From assembly GCA_964387665.1 (NCBI GenBank), contig CAYLWY010000001.1:10075-74074 (forward strand): a stretch of 64,000 nt of DNA, read 5' to 3'. Made by a program: the position numbers and the translations under genes. Within the stretch, counting starts at the first letter, position 1; each line of letters starts with the position of its first letter. The stretch comes from an uncultured Candidatus Peribacteria bacterium. GTDB taxonomy: Bacteria; Patescibacteriota; Gracilibacteria; Absconditabacterales; Absconditicoccaceae. The notes beneath the pieces were generated by a model. That model was given only the letters and a program-made list of their open reading frames with translations, was not told the origin of the DNA and did no database searches. Below, one piece after another: positions 16,326 through 26,537 of the stretch.

Positions 16326-19300
16326 AACTCACCTTCGGAGATTCGTTTGGCCATTTCTTCAGAGATTTCTCTGTTAGCCTTACGGATCTCCGATCTGAGT
16401 TTTGCGTCAGTTATTTGTTCATCTCTATTAGAATAGTCTAATAATATTTGACTTATACGTTGCCTAAACAACTTTGTATATTCATTTTTTGCTTCAGCGC
16501 TTAGCTCCAATCCTTTCTTTGGATCTGGTATAACTCTAAGATTTCCAACTCCTCGCAATAGTCTTTCCGAATTTACGTTGTCGAGCTGCTCCGCGGCCGC
16601 AAACGTATCCATGGCGTCGTCGCTGTAATAATAACCAGCACCATGCATAGTTGGTCCAAAGAAGTGCAGCATCCTAGCTATTACAGTAGCAGCGTTAGTA
16701 TCGTCGTCATTGCTTAATTCTACTATGGTTTCTAACCCTGCTGATATAGTCAACGGGGTAAGCGCATCTCTTCCTATGATGAACAGTGCATCTAAGTACG
16801 AATCCCCTATCAATCTTCCTCTGAAATCCCTTCTCGTTGCTAACGTCTTCCCTACGGATACTACCGGGTTTAGCTTACCCTCAAGTACTCGCATACCTAA
16901 TGTCCAGACATTCTGGTCGGCTAGTGGTCCTGTCTTAGTTGGATAAGACGTTCCGCCTATAGTTATATTAGCATTAGTAGCTTCGGCAAATCGATCTAGC
17001 ATTTGTGCCCCAGTACGTAGCCAATAAGCATTACCTGCCATATATTCATAAACCGCAGAGCCGCATCTCAAGCGTAAGAAATCAGACCGTCTGTAGTCTA
17101 GTCCAAGACCTCCCCCACCTTCCTCTTCATCGCATGCTAACTTAAATAAACGATGTAATCCAGCGTGTACCGCTAAGAACACAAGTGTTTGTGCTATTGT
17201 ACCCGCAGTTCGGTGTTGGTGCGCCCTTATTTGGCCCGCATATTTACGGTTCATGGCCTCTTTACCATACAACTCCAACTCTGCTTTTTCTGGTATTAGT
17301 CCATGTATTCGAGCATATGCTTGAGCCATACGTAAAGGTGACGTAACTAAATACATCATACCTTTTATCTGCGCCGCGTAGTATCTGGGGGCCCATAAAA
17401 AAGAAGATACAATCGGACTAACCTTGTGGCCTAAGAAAGTATCTGCCCTACCAGTCCATACGTTAATAGACTCCGCTATTAGTTGCATCTCCTCAACGGT
17501 AACTATGCCATTTTGTAGCTCCGCTGCTTGCTGGTAATAAGCCTTAAACATTGCAAATCGCAAGTGGTTTAGGTAAGTAACGTAGTGGGACTCTGATGCA
17601 TCTTTAATCCTAGATGGTAGGTCCGCCATGCCGGCAAGAATTTTATTCTTATCTCCTGTCCGGGCCCATTTCCCCAAATCATCTAAATAAGAATCCATAA
17701 AGTATTCCTCCGCTAAATCCATACCCTCTTTAGGTACTGTAATAGCTAATTTTGCCATCTTGGCAACTGCGTACATTGGGTCATTTATAATCGACTCGTA
17801 TGCCTCTATTGTTTTGGACTCATCTCGTTTTGTCAATTCGTCGGTAGCTGCAATCCACGATTTTTTATAACCCTCTATGAGGTCTGTGAACGAGAATTGA
17901 TTTTTCATACTACCTCCCATTAGACTATACGCCCCCTGGGCCATTGCGATACGTAAGGCCATGCCACCTTGGTTAGAGAAGGATGACATATCAAACATAG
18001 TCTTAGATACACGAATAGTACTAAGCGTTTTCGTTATAGCGGTTAGTATTTTTCCTCTCGTCGCACGGTTCCCATCCTCTATAGCCCGCCTCAATTCACG
18101 GCGTTTAGCCGCTAATTCTGCTCTGGCTTTGGCTACTTCCGGAGCTTCGTATTTCTTGTCGAGTACGGGGGTTAATCCTAAAATAGCCTTATATTTAGCA
18201 GCAGGGTCTACGCTAGTAGCGGCCTGTTTTAGCGTAGCTAGTTTCGTATCTACATCTGCCATAGCCCGTTGAAGTCTTTCCGACTGTTGGAACGATTGGA
18301 TGTTACGAGCATTCTCAAGTATACGCGCTAATTTATCTTCTGTTATTGGGTAGTCATACCGGAATATATTGGTAAATTCAGATTGAAGTCTATTGATGTT
18401 ATTGATTAACCAAGTAGCTTGTTCTGGGCTATGTTCGAAAGCCGCAGCTTGCGCCATAAGCCTATCGATTATCTGGTTTACTAACACAAACTGCTGTTGA
18501 GACTGTGTTTCCGGATATAATTGAGATGCTTTTACTAGTCGTGCAGACTCTTCCCTATCATTTTTATACTCACGTAGTCTTTTCTGTACGTCTATCGCAA
18601 ATTCCGAAACTATAGAAGATAGCTTAGTAGCTGCTTTAGCCGCGGCGATTGTTTCTTTTTTCCAATCTTCATATGCAGTAATGGACTGGCTTACGTGTTC
18701 GACTGAATCGTAAGCCATGGCTACATACACGTCCATTTCACTAAGTTTGTATCCTATACTATCGTATAGTCTGATAACTTCCCCCACTACCGCATCGGGT
18801 GAGCCCATGGTATCCCGACCTACTATAATCGTTACTTGTTTTACATCGTACAAAAACTGACGCATATCCGGCGTAGTGCTTGTTGTAATAAATAACGGTT
18901 TGGACATAGAAGCATTTGGTTTATGCTTTGTTGCCCATTTGGCTAGAATAGCCTGTGCCGTAGTCGGTGCGGCTTTACCGGTAAAAGATTTCGCAAAAGC
19001 CCGTTCAAAAGCGGACTTAAATTGAAGAAATACCCGCTCGTCTGGGTCGTACTGGAACTTCTCAATTGTAGCCTCTAATTTTCTTATATCATCTATTAGC
19101 TTCTCGGCTTTCTTATGATATTGTTTAGGCGCCGTTGGTTTTAGTGCCGCCATAGCCCGCTGCTCATATGTCTTACCAATTCCCCATCTCCTAAATGCCA
19201 AGGCCCTAGCGTGCCCAGTACCGGACTGTTGTACCGCCATAGATATAGCGTGGTACGCGTCTCTCTCTGCTATATACTGCTTGCTGAATAATTGCCAAGC

Positions 19301-22300
19301 CGTAGCATCTGGGTGCCCTGTTTGGTATATTGCCTTAACATCAGCTTCCATCTTATCTAAGATAATCTCTAACTCTTCTGCCCGGGCCTTGGCTTTTTCA
19401 GCAGTAAACATCATTGCGAATTCTGCTGAAACAGGTACACTATCAATCTCCCCGGAGAATAACCGCTCTGCTGTACGTAGCGAGTGTTCAATATTGTCGA
19501 AGTGATGATCGTGTACTGCCGCAGTTACGACGTCAGCTCCCGTCATACCTATCACTGGATCTCGCTTGTCTAGTTTTAGAACCTTATACGCAAGCTCTAT
19601 ATTTCTCTTGTCAGTGTGTATGGCCACCCCGTCCCCCTCTAACTTGTGCTTCCAGCTTTCTGGGGTTGTGTTTTTTAAATTTTCCCAAGAGGCCCGCTGC
19701 TCGGCGGTGAATAAATCAGGAATAACTCCGTCAAAAACCTCCCGTATGTCGTTGTAGGATAACTCCATATACAACGGGTTCTCTTCAAGAGATGCGACAA
19801 ATTCACGATAAGTTATATTTCCGTTAGTAATTAAACGCCAATGCTCTAGTAGTTTGGCTAGCTCTTCTTTTGTTTTTTGTGTCTCTGCTTTTTGTTTATG
19901 CGCATATATATCTGCTGAATCTGTATAGAGTTTATCTAGTGGTATCCCCTGCCCTTTGATCAGCGCATTAGCTAGTCTAGTTGAGAACATGTCTACCGTC
20001 GATAGGTCGTCGAAGAACCCATCAAACACTTCGTTTTTGTCGAAAAACTTGTTTACCCTAGCCGCAGCGTTGGTTAGGCCTAAAGCAGAAAGCACGTCAT
20101 TGAGGAAATTCTGTAGACGCTCTCTTACAGACTTACGTTGTTTTGGTAGGTTCTGGAATACCTTAGCCATGGTCTCAGTGGCTAAGAGTTGCGTTAAGGC
20201 CTCATTGTCGAGTTCGTCGATTAATGCCGCCGCCTCTTCCGGAGTTTCCGGAGCTACCTGGGCGTATCCTTCCCAAGCAAACCCTGCCCAATATCTTTCG
20301 AATAGTATCGGGTCTGATACCATATTAGATACTAAGTCTTTGTATAGGTTTGGTTGCTTAGCGATTAAGTCGATAAGCATTGGGTGTATAGCTTCGTGCA
20401 ACGCCGTCTCGGCTGTAAAATCCCTAGCACCTGTAAACAAATGAATTTGCCCGTTACCATAAATCCCCTTAGAGTTTACAGCCAAGCTTTGAGTAGTACC
20501 TTCGTAAGTACTGATTTGGGCTATACCGTTGGCATAGCTTTCCACTGTGTCGTGTACAAATATTTGAATTCCAGAGTCTTTAAAGGACTTCTGAATCATT
20601 CCGACCAAGTCGTAGAACTTCTTCATTTCTCCCTTGGCCTTACTTGCTCGTCTACGGATTTCAAATCGACTCAATAGCGCCTTCACTGGAAACGCGTATG
20701 GATTTTCCCTACGTAATACTCTACCGGACATTTCCCGTACCCAAGCACGGTCTGCGTCTGATATTGTGGTATCTTCTTGTGTTGGGAAAGCCTCTGATAA
20801 CAGTTGGTTTAGATATCCTTTCGCCGCCTTTGGGTTGCTGCGTAGGTTGGCTATGATTCTAGCCTGTACAGTAGCTTCAGTTACTCCTTCTGGATATCCG
20901 TCAGGGTATACTTCACTAGGTACTAAAGGTAAGCCCTCTGCTATTTGTTTGTCTACATATGCGTCTATGGTTTCTTTTACACCGGCAGGGATGGAAGCTT
21001 GCGTAGGCGAACTGCCTATAGATGCTTTTGGTATTTCTTCGCCTAGCATCGTAGAATAAATATCGACCATGGTGTCGTTTAACTCCAAGTCGATGTCACT
21101 ACCTGTTACTCCGTTGTATATGTCGGTTAGCCATTGTTTGAAGCTCTCGAACGCCTTTTTCAATTTCGGCGTAGGTGCAATACCATCTGCTAAATATTTC
21201 TCAAATCCTCGGGCAAACTTCTCAGAAGTCTTTACTGTCCACTTTTTGTGCCCAGCCCAATCTAAAATAGCATTACGTTCTGCGTCAGTAAGGTAGTGCT
21301 CATATACGTGAGCTAACTCGTGCATAGGTGTGGAGACATTCGGATCGGTCAGGGCGTATACGATAGCCTGGTTGTCCATTGCTGTCATCATAGCACCCCG
21401 AGCCTGTATTGCATCCTTTTGGAATTTAATTACCTCTTCGATGCTTACGGCATTCTCGTCAAATACAACGTAGTTAAACCCTCTTGCTGTATCTGATGTA
21501 GTTCCACGAGCAACGCTTTCCGCTGGAAACTTTATACCGTCAATGCCATTTTCAAGTAAGAATTTTGATGCAGCTTTATCTGAGCCTAATTCTTCTGATA
21601 TACTTTCATATATAGATTGTCCAGAATTTACAGATTTATCTAAATAAGATTCTGCTTCTTCTTTAGTTCTAAAAAGACCTCCTAAATTACCGCCTCTATT
21701 ACTATTTATAACATACCCCCTAAAAGTGCCCCCGTAACCAAAAGATTCTTCTACATCATAGTCGCTCTTATTTACTACACTTAATTCTGGGAGTACTTTT
21801 TTTATTTTGTTTATTATACTATATGGAGTAGATTTATCCCACTCCAACCAAGTGTATTGGTCGGGTGTTTTTCCTTTGTGAAGGGATACTTTGTATAGAT
21901 TTCTACTTATATCTACACTTATATTGTTATTATTTATAAAATCTAATGCTTTTTTATAAACCTCCCTGCCACTTCTAACATAAGCACCCTCTAAATAATC
22001 TATAGATATTCTTTTATTATATTTATCTTTAATACCAACTCCTATGGCGTGTTGGATATGAGCTTGCACTACAATATCAATATCTGACGGGTATTTGTAA
22101 TCTTTTTTATCAATGCCGTTTATTTCTACAACGGGGGTTGATAACTTTTCTGCATAGTACCTCGCAATATTCTCTAAGTCCGTAAAATACAATCCCCATC
22201 CAAAAGCCTGTGCGCCCTCTCCAGTGCCGATGTTTTCAGTTGAAAATTTATCAACCTGATGCGGGCTGCCGTGCCAGGCGTCTATTTGAAACTTAACCCC

Positions 22301-25300
22301 TTCTGGAATGTTGGTGTTTTCTTGAAATAGTACCTCGTTGGTAAGCATGCTTCTTAATCTCCCTTCTGAGAGTACCGCATAAACCCCCTTTCCGTAATCG
22401 ATTACATCATAGCCTTCGCGTTTTATCTTATCGTGTAGTTCTTTTTGTAGCCTACCATAATTAGGTTTTGAGTTTAGAAATTTAAAATCTTCCGACGTAA
22501 TTTTATACGCTTTTCCTAATTCTAATTTCATGGGGATAACTCGAGAGGCCGTATTAATTTCTGCGAATTTACCAGTTACGTGGTCGTAGTCCCCAAATTT
22601 CATACTGTCGTTTTCCGTCGCATAATTAGATGCCTCTTGCGGTGAAACCGTAACAAATACCCCCTTACCGGTATCTCTAAACTTTTTGAAATCCTTATCC
22701 TTAGAAGTGCCATGATACACATCTAGTATTGTCTCAATGTCTTGTAACTTGACTCCTTTAGGTAAGCCCTCCATGGTAGACTTCTCGTAAGCAATCCTTT
22801 GGTACATCTCGTCCTTAGTAATGCCGGCGCGTTTTGCCATGGTCGTAACTAACGCGTCACCTACTGCCGCAGCTGCTTTAGCTTGCTCGTTGTTTAGGCC
22901 GAAAATCTGAGACATTACCTGCAACAAGCCTTTGATATTTCGAGGCTTAGTCTGCACTTTAGCGCCAATTTCTTCGGCAATGGCCGTTTTTTGAGCTTCT
23001 GAAACTGGTTTAGTGGTCGGTTTGGCCACTTCTTTGGCCGTTTCAGTAGTAGCCTTGGCCGGTTTGCTCGTTAAGTTGGCTGCGCGTTCTACTATTTGCT
23101 TACGCTTACCGGTAGGTGCCTTGCCGTCTTTATCCCGAAACTTACCGGTTTCTGGGTCATATGTATAAGTAATGTTATTACGCTGTGCGTCTCTTACGGT
23201 TACTACTTTCTTTCTAGGTACAATGGGCTCTGCCGCAGGTTTAGTTTCTGTTGTAGCCTCGGGCTTCTTAGGAGGCTCTTTAGCTAGCGCCGCGTTTATC
23301 TGTCTCACCCGTATCCCGGGAGCGTTTTTTCCATCGGGGGCTTCCCACTTTTCAGAAGTCTCATTATAGGTGTATGTAACCGCCCCCTTACCCTTAACGT
23401 TAATCGTTGCCGTCGTTTTTGCCGGTTTTTTCTTTGGAGTGTACGCCAACAATTCCTCAATCAACGCGTCCGCATATTGCTTACTAGCCATACCTTGGGC
23501 TTTTTGATCCCAAAGTATATCTTTTCCTATACCAATCTGAATATTTTGTTTATCTAACTCGCTATATACTTTATCTAAAGTCCACTTCTGTTTTTGGCCC
23601 TTTTCCATAATATCCCTAAAGGCCTTCATCTTCTCCGTACGGGCATCTCCTAGATATTGCATTCCCTCACTATCGTCGGCTCGCTTCTTAGAGATTACAA
23701 TACCAAGACGTTTCTTACGTCTCTGCTTTTTATTTCCATCCCCCTCTTCTACTTCTTCCTCTAAAAGACCTCTATTACCCGCGCGCAACAGTCCTGGTAT
23801 CATTACCAAATCTTCAAACGCGTCTAGGTCTTTCGGGATTGGTACCGCCTTTATTTTGGGAATACCGGCCTTATCTCCCAACTGTTCTCTAATAGTTTTA
23901 TTTGGATCTAGCTTTTCCCCAAACCGTTTCAATGACTCTTGTGGGAGTTCCCCAGGTTTTTTATCTAATGCGTCTATCCGCCACGCCTCATAGGTGGCTA
24001 CGTCAGATACGAACGTAGATGTCCCAAGCTTCCACGCTTCTGGATCAACTTCGCGTTTTGTCGTCTTAGCCAGCTCCTCGTACTGTGGGGCTGCCTCTGC
24101 TGGGGCGGCTTCCGGTGTAGCTGTTAAAGTCTCGGGAGCTTTCGTCTCAGGAGATTCTTCCTCAGTATCTACTTTAGGTAGTTTTGGATTGACAATCTCG
24201 GCTAGTTGGTTATCTATTTTCTGGATTTCAAGTTCCAGCGGTTCTAGTATTTGCTTAGACGCGCCGGTTTCTTTTAACGCTCCGTGTTTGTCTATGAGGG
24301 CACCACGCATCATTAGAGCCTGAGTGGCTTTGGCGAGGTCCTTGTCGGACACTTCCATGGCTTTGAGCGCCGAGGAAATCTCTGCAATCTTCTGTCCCTT
24401 AGTAGCCGCTAGTTCCGGATCGATTGCTGCTACTCCTTCTAAATAAGACTCTACAAGTTTTGGATTCTTTAAAACTGTCTGAATAGCGTCGTACGTTAAG
24501 CCCGTCTTGCTATATGCCCCAATGTTGGGTACGCTACCACCAATAGCACCTACGATACCACTAACGAGTAGCGTCTCTGAAATCGCAAGTGGATCTATTC
24601 TAAACTCATCTCCATACACTAAGGCATTATAACCACGTTCTAAAATGTGGTCTTGTACGGTTTCTTCAACCATCTCGCCGGCAGTCGAGCGTATTGTAGA
24701 TTTACCTAACTCCATCAGCGTATCGGTCCACGTCGCCTTGCCTAGGCTATATCGCTGCATAGCCTTAGTTAAAGTACTGGCGGGTACGCCTCCCATCATG
24801 CGAGCGGCCCATTTACCTTCAATAGGGTTAATTAAGCTGGTACCACCAATCATCATTCCCTTGGCGAACTTGTCTAACCAAACTTCACCTCCGGTACGCC
24901 CGGCTTCTAAGGAAGTTTGTACCGCTGCGTCTTGGGTTCTTAAATAACCGGCGCTTACAGTACCAATAGCAGAGGCTATTTTAGTACTAGCTCCAAGGCC
25001 CTTAGCTATTCCACCAACTTTCCGCGTTACTACGGCATCGAAAACTAAATCCCCCAAAACGTCAGCTACAATACTTAAAGTCCCGCTTTTGCTGAATTCT
25101 GTTTGTAGCTCGGCCGTTTGTGCTCGAGTAGAGTCTTCATCAGTTGGTGTATAGTCTTTTAATATATTTCCATCAGCGTCTCTAGCGCCTATTATTTGGC
25201 GGCTTTCTGGGTCTACTATTACGCGATTTCCATTATCGTCCATAAAATAATGAGACCAAGCCTGCGCCATATCATTCGGTCCGGAGGTAACTCGCCGAGC

Positions 25301-26536
25301 TATGACATCGTCAGCGTGCTTGTTTAACCAATCCCACTCCGCGGCTTGTGCTACGTTTTTAAAACCACGTCCAAGTATAGCCATTGTATAATCCAATGGG
25401 CGACCCACTGCTCCCAATACTGGAAAATCTTCTCGAAGTTTCTCCTGCTTAGCCATTAACTCTTCATGCTCGATTAATCGCTGGGCTTCGTTTGGGTTTT
25501 GTTTGATAAGCGCTAATTGCGCGTGACGGGCGTTGTTGAGTCCTCGGATTGCTCCAAGCGCCTTCTTTATAGCTGGATGCTCTAGTTTTCCTTTATTAAC
25601 CCTTTCGTAAGTTTCTAAATCTTTACGACCGGTTGGGGATAGTTGGGCAACAAGTACCATATTTTGGTACTCCTTTAATACTTTATCATATTCCCCGGTA
25701 CCGTTTTCTTGGTCATACTCCTCCTGAGCTTTGGCTATATTCTTCCAAGCGGCTTGTTCGTAGTTCTGCACGGCCTCCGACCCGACTCTAATACGACCTC
25801 GCTCGACTAACTCTGGATTTGAATCGTATATTTTCATACGATCGTCGTAGTTAGTCATCTGCCGTATACCCCAACCAATTGGGTCTTCATCACCCGTAAT
25901 CTCGGGAATGTCAGCTCCTTTTAAACTGCGTTGCTTTGCAGCTTGTTCTTCTACTATATCTTCCGCAGTGGCCATTGCTAGTCCACCAACGGGATTAATA
26001 GCCGCTTTCCAATAACGACGTATAGTCTTAGTGACCTCCTCGAACATTCCAGGCTCTTCCTCCTTGGGGGCCTCTGGTTTAGGTTCCGGTGCCTTCTCCT
26101 TTGCCGCAGGTTCTTGACCCTTCTTAAACATCTCCTCAAAAGCACCGTAACTAACATCAATAGCATCTGGCATCTCTTTCGAGATATCGTCATACACTTT
26201 CCCCAAATCCCCAGAATCCATCCAAGCTTTTGTAAGCTCTGCGTCAGATACGGATCCCATAAACTGCGGGTTCGCCTTCTTGATATTTTTGGCCAAGGTA
26301 GCTAGCTTGCCGGGATCTAGTGGGGCTTTTTCGGGGGCTCTACCCATGGCCTGCTGCAAGAACTGGTCACGGGGCATGTCTACCATATCTGGATGCTTAG
26401 CCTGCAACGTGTCGTAAAAAGACGTCGCGAACCGTTGGTCTTGCATATCAGCCGCCAATTGCTCCGCCGTCTTTTCCGGATATAAAGATGGATCAAGTTG
26501 TTTGATCTGTTTTAATGCTTCAGTTATGTTACTCAT
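16322..26536 (-). CDS. giant multidomain virion/ejection protein (3404 aa), polyvalent-type
   Basis: The ORF is uninterrupted over 10.2 kb. Residues about 1265-1720 hold two paralogous HG[ST]...GxYF/V modules. HExxH motifs lie at about aa 1739 (HELAH) and 2047 (HEAIH). Hydrophobic segments occur near the C terminus. It is the last gene of the late block. Confidence 0.85.
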   Translation of the reverse strand: MSNITEALKQIKQLDPSLYPEKTAEQLAADMQDQRFATSFYDTLQAKHPDMVDMPRDQFLQQAMGRAPEKAPLDPGKLATLAKNIKKANPQFMGSVSDAELTKAWMDSGDLGKVYDDISKEMPDAIDVSYGAFEEMFKKGQEPAAKEKAPEPKPEAPKEEEPGMFEEVTKTIRRYWKAAINPVGGLAMATAEDIVEEQAAKQRSLKGADIPEITGDEDPIGWGIRQMTNYDDRMKIYDSNPELVERGRIRVGSEAVQNYEQAAWKNIAKAQEEYDQENGTGEYDKVLKEYQNMVLVAQLSPTGRKDLETYERVNKGKLEHPAIKKALGAIRGLNNARHAQLALIKQNPNEAQRLIEHEELMAKQEKLREDFPVLGAVGRPLDYTMAILGRGFKNVAQAAEWDWLNKHADDVIARRVTSGPNDMAQAWSHYFMDDNGNRVIVDPESRQIIGARDADGNILKDYTPTDEDSTRAQTAELQTEFSKSGTLSIVADVLGDLVFDAVVTRKVGGIAKGLGASTKIASAIGTVSAGYLRTQDAAVQTSLEAGRTGGEVWLDKFAKGMMIGGTSLINPIEGKWAARMMGGVPASTLTKAMQRYSLGKATWTDTLMELGKSTIRSTAGEMVEETVQDHILERGYNALVYGDEFRIDPLAISETLLVSGIVGAIGGSVPNIGAYSKTGLTYDAIQTVLKNPKLVESYLEGVAAIDPELAATKGQKIAEISSALKAMEVSDKDLAKATQALMMRGALIDKHGALKETGASKQILEPLELEIQKIDNQLAEIVNPKLPKVDTEEESPETKAPETLTATPEAAPAEAAPQYEELAKTTKREVDPEAWKLGTSTFVSDVATYEAWRIDALDKKPGELPQESLKRFGEKLDPNKTIREQLGDKAGIPKIKAVPIPKDLDAFEDLVMIPGLLRAGNRGLLEEEVEEGDGNKKQRRKKRLGIVISKKRADDSEGMQYLGDARTEKMKAFRDIMEKGQKQKWTLDKVYSELDKQNIQIGIGKDILWDQKAQGMASKQYADALIEELLAYTPKKKPAKTTATINVKGKGAVTYTYNETSEKWEAPDGKNAPGIRVRQINAALAKEPPKKPEATTETKPAAEPIVPRKKVVTVRDAQRNNITYTYDPETGKFRDKDGKAPTGKRKQIVERAANLTSKPAKATTETAKEVAKPTTKPVSEAQKTAIAEEIGAKVQTKPRNIKGLLQVMSQIFGLNNEQAKAAAAVGDALVTTMAKRAGITKDEMYQRIAYEKSTMEGLPKGVKLQDIETILDVYHGTSKDKDFKKFRDTGKGVFVTVSPQEASNYATENDSMKFGDYDHVTGKFAEINTASRVIPMKLELGKAYKITSEDFKFLNSKPNYGRLQKELHDKIKREGYDVIDYGKGVYAVLSEGRLRSMLTNEVLFQENTNIPEGVKFQIDAWHGSPHQVDKFSTENIGTGEGAQAFGWGLYFTDLENIARYYAEKLSTPVVEINGIDKKDYKYPSDIDIVVQAHIQHAIGVGIKDKYNKRISIDYLEGAYVRSGREVYKKALDFINNNNISVDISRNLYKVSLHKGKTPDQYTWLEWDKSTPYSIINKIKKVLPELSVVNKSDYDVEESFGYGGTFRGYVINSNRGGNLGGLFRTKEEAESYLDKSVNSGQSIYESISEELGSDKAASKFLLENGIDGIKFPAESVARGTTSDTARGFNYVVFDENAVSIEEVIKFQKDAIQARGAMMTAMDNQAIVYALTDPNVSTPMHELAHVYEHYLTDAERNAILDWAGHKKWTVKTSEKFARGFEKYLADGIAPTPKLKKAFESFKQWLTDIYNGVTGSDIDLELNDTMVDIYSTMLGEEIPKASIGSSPTQASIPAGVKETIDAYVDKQIAEGLPLVPSEVYPDGYPEGVTEATVQARIIANLRSNPKAAKGYLNQLLSEAFPTQEDTTISDADRAWVREMSGRVLRRENPYAFPVKALLSRFEIRRRASKAKGEMKKFYDLVGMIQKSFKDSGIQIFVHDTVESYANGIAQISTYEGTTQSLAVNSKGIYGNGQIHLFTGARDFTAETALHEAIHPMLIDLIAKQPNLYKDLVSNMVSDPILFERYWAGFAWEGYAQVAPETPEEAAALIDELDNEALTQLLATETMAKVFQNLPKQRKSVRERLQNFLNDVLSALGLTNAAARVNKFFDKNEVFDGFFDDLSTVDMFSTRLANALIKGQGIPLDKLYTDSADIYAHKQKAETQKTKEELAKLLEHWRLITNGNITYREFVASLEENPLYMELSYNDIREVFDGVIPDLFTAEQRASWENLKNTTPESWKHKLEGDGVAIHTDKRNIELAYKVLKLDKRDPVIGMTGADVVTAAVHDHHFDNIEHSLRTAERLFSGEIDSVPVSAEFAMMFTAEKAKARAEELEIILDKMEADVKAIYQTGHPDATAWQLFSKQYIAERDAYHAISMAVQQSGTGHARALAFRRWGIGKTYEQRAMAALKPTAPKQYHKKAEKLIDDIRKLEATIEKFQYDPDERVFLQFKSAFERAFAKSFTGKAAPTTAQAILAKWATKHKPNASMSKPLFITTSTTPDMRQFLYDVKQVTIIVGRDTMGSPDAVVGEVIRLYDSIGYKLSEMDVYVAMAYDSVEHVSQSITAYEDWKKETIAAAKAATKLSSIVSEFAIDVQKRLREYKNDREESARLVKASQLYPETQSQQQFVLVNQIIDRLMAQAAAFEHSPEQATWLINNINRLQSEFTNIFRYDYPITEDKLARILENARNIQSFQQSERLQRAMADVDTKLATLKQAATSVDPAAKYKAILGLTPVLDKKYEAPEVAKARAELAAKRRELRRAIEDGNRATRGKILTAITKTLSTIRVSKTMFDMSSFSNQGGMALRIAMAQGAYSLMGGSMKNQFSFTDLIEGYKKSWIAATDELTKRDESKTIEAYESIINDPMYAVAKMAKLAITVPKEGMDLAEEYFMDSYLDDLGKWARTGDKNKILAGMADLPSRIKDASESHYVTYLNHLRFAMFKAYYQQAAELQNGIVTVEEMQLIAESINVWTGRADTFLGHKVSPIVSSFLWAPRYYAAQIKGMMYLVTSPLRMAQAYARIHGLIPEKAELELYGKEAMNRKYAGQIRAHQHRTAGTIAQTLVFLAVHAGLHRLFKLACDEEEGGGGLGLDYRRSDFLRLRCGSAVYEYMAGNAYWLRTGAQMLDRFAEATNANITIGGTSYPTKTGPLADQNVWTLGMRVLEGKLNPVVSVGKTLATRRDFRGRLIGDSYLDALFIIGRDALTPLTISAGLETIVELSNDDDTNAATVIARMLHFFGPTMHGAGYYYSDDAMDTFAAAEQLDNVNSERLLRGVGNLRVIPDPKKGLELSAEAKNEYTKLFRQRISQILLDYSNRDEQITDAKLRSEIRKANREISEEMAKRISEGEF
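21380..22744 (-). other. two tandem PARP/ART-like (H-Y-E type) modules inside the 3404-aa protein
   Basis: Module 1 reads LDVYHGTSKDKDFKKF...GVFVTVSPQEASNYA...GYDVIDYGKGVYAVLSEG. Module 2 reads IDAWHGSPHQVDKF...GEGAQAFGWGLYFTDLENIARYYA...GIDGIKF...NYVVFDEN. Boundaries are approximate. Confidence 0.5.
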
Positions 26537-26537
26537 G

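Noticed and set aside
19956-21296. Several 70-160-aa plus-strand ORFs lie inside the 3404-aa gene, and there are similar antisense ORFs inside the 2160-, 1258-, 875-, 812- and 713-aa genes and the portal and scaffold genes.
   Set aside because: All are embedded antisense in very long uninterrupted ORFs. They have Ser/Leu/Cys-rich compositions typical of antisense frames and lack coupling to neighbours.
16322-26536. The 3404-aa protein might be an N4-like virion RNA polymerase, or the 3404-aa and 2160-aa pair might be a crAss-like virion RNAP.
   Set aside because: The size is suggestive. However, I could not find T7-like polymerase motifs or a double-psi-barrel DxDGD-type metal motif by eye in either giant protein. 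The recognisable motifs instead point to ART-like, zincin and redoxin modules. A profile search is still needed to exclude this fully.
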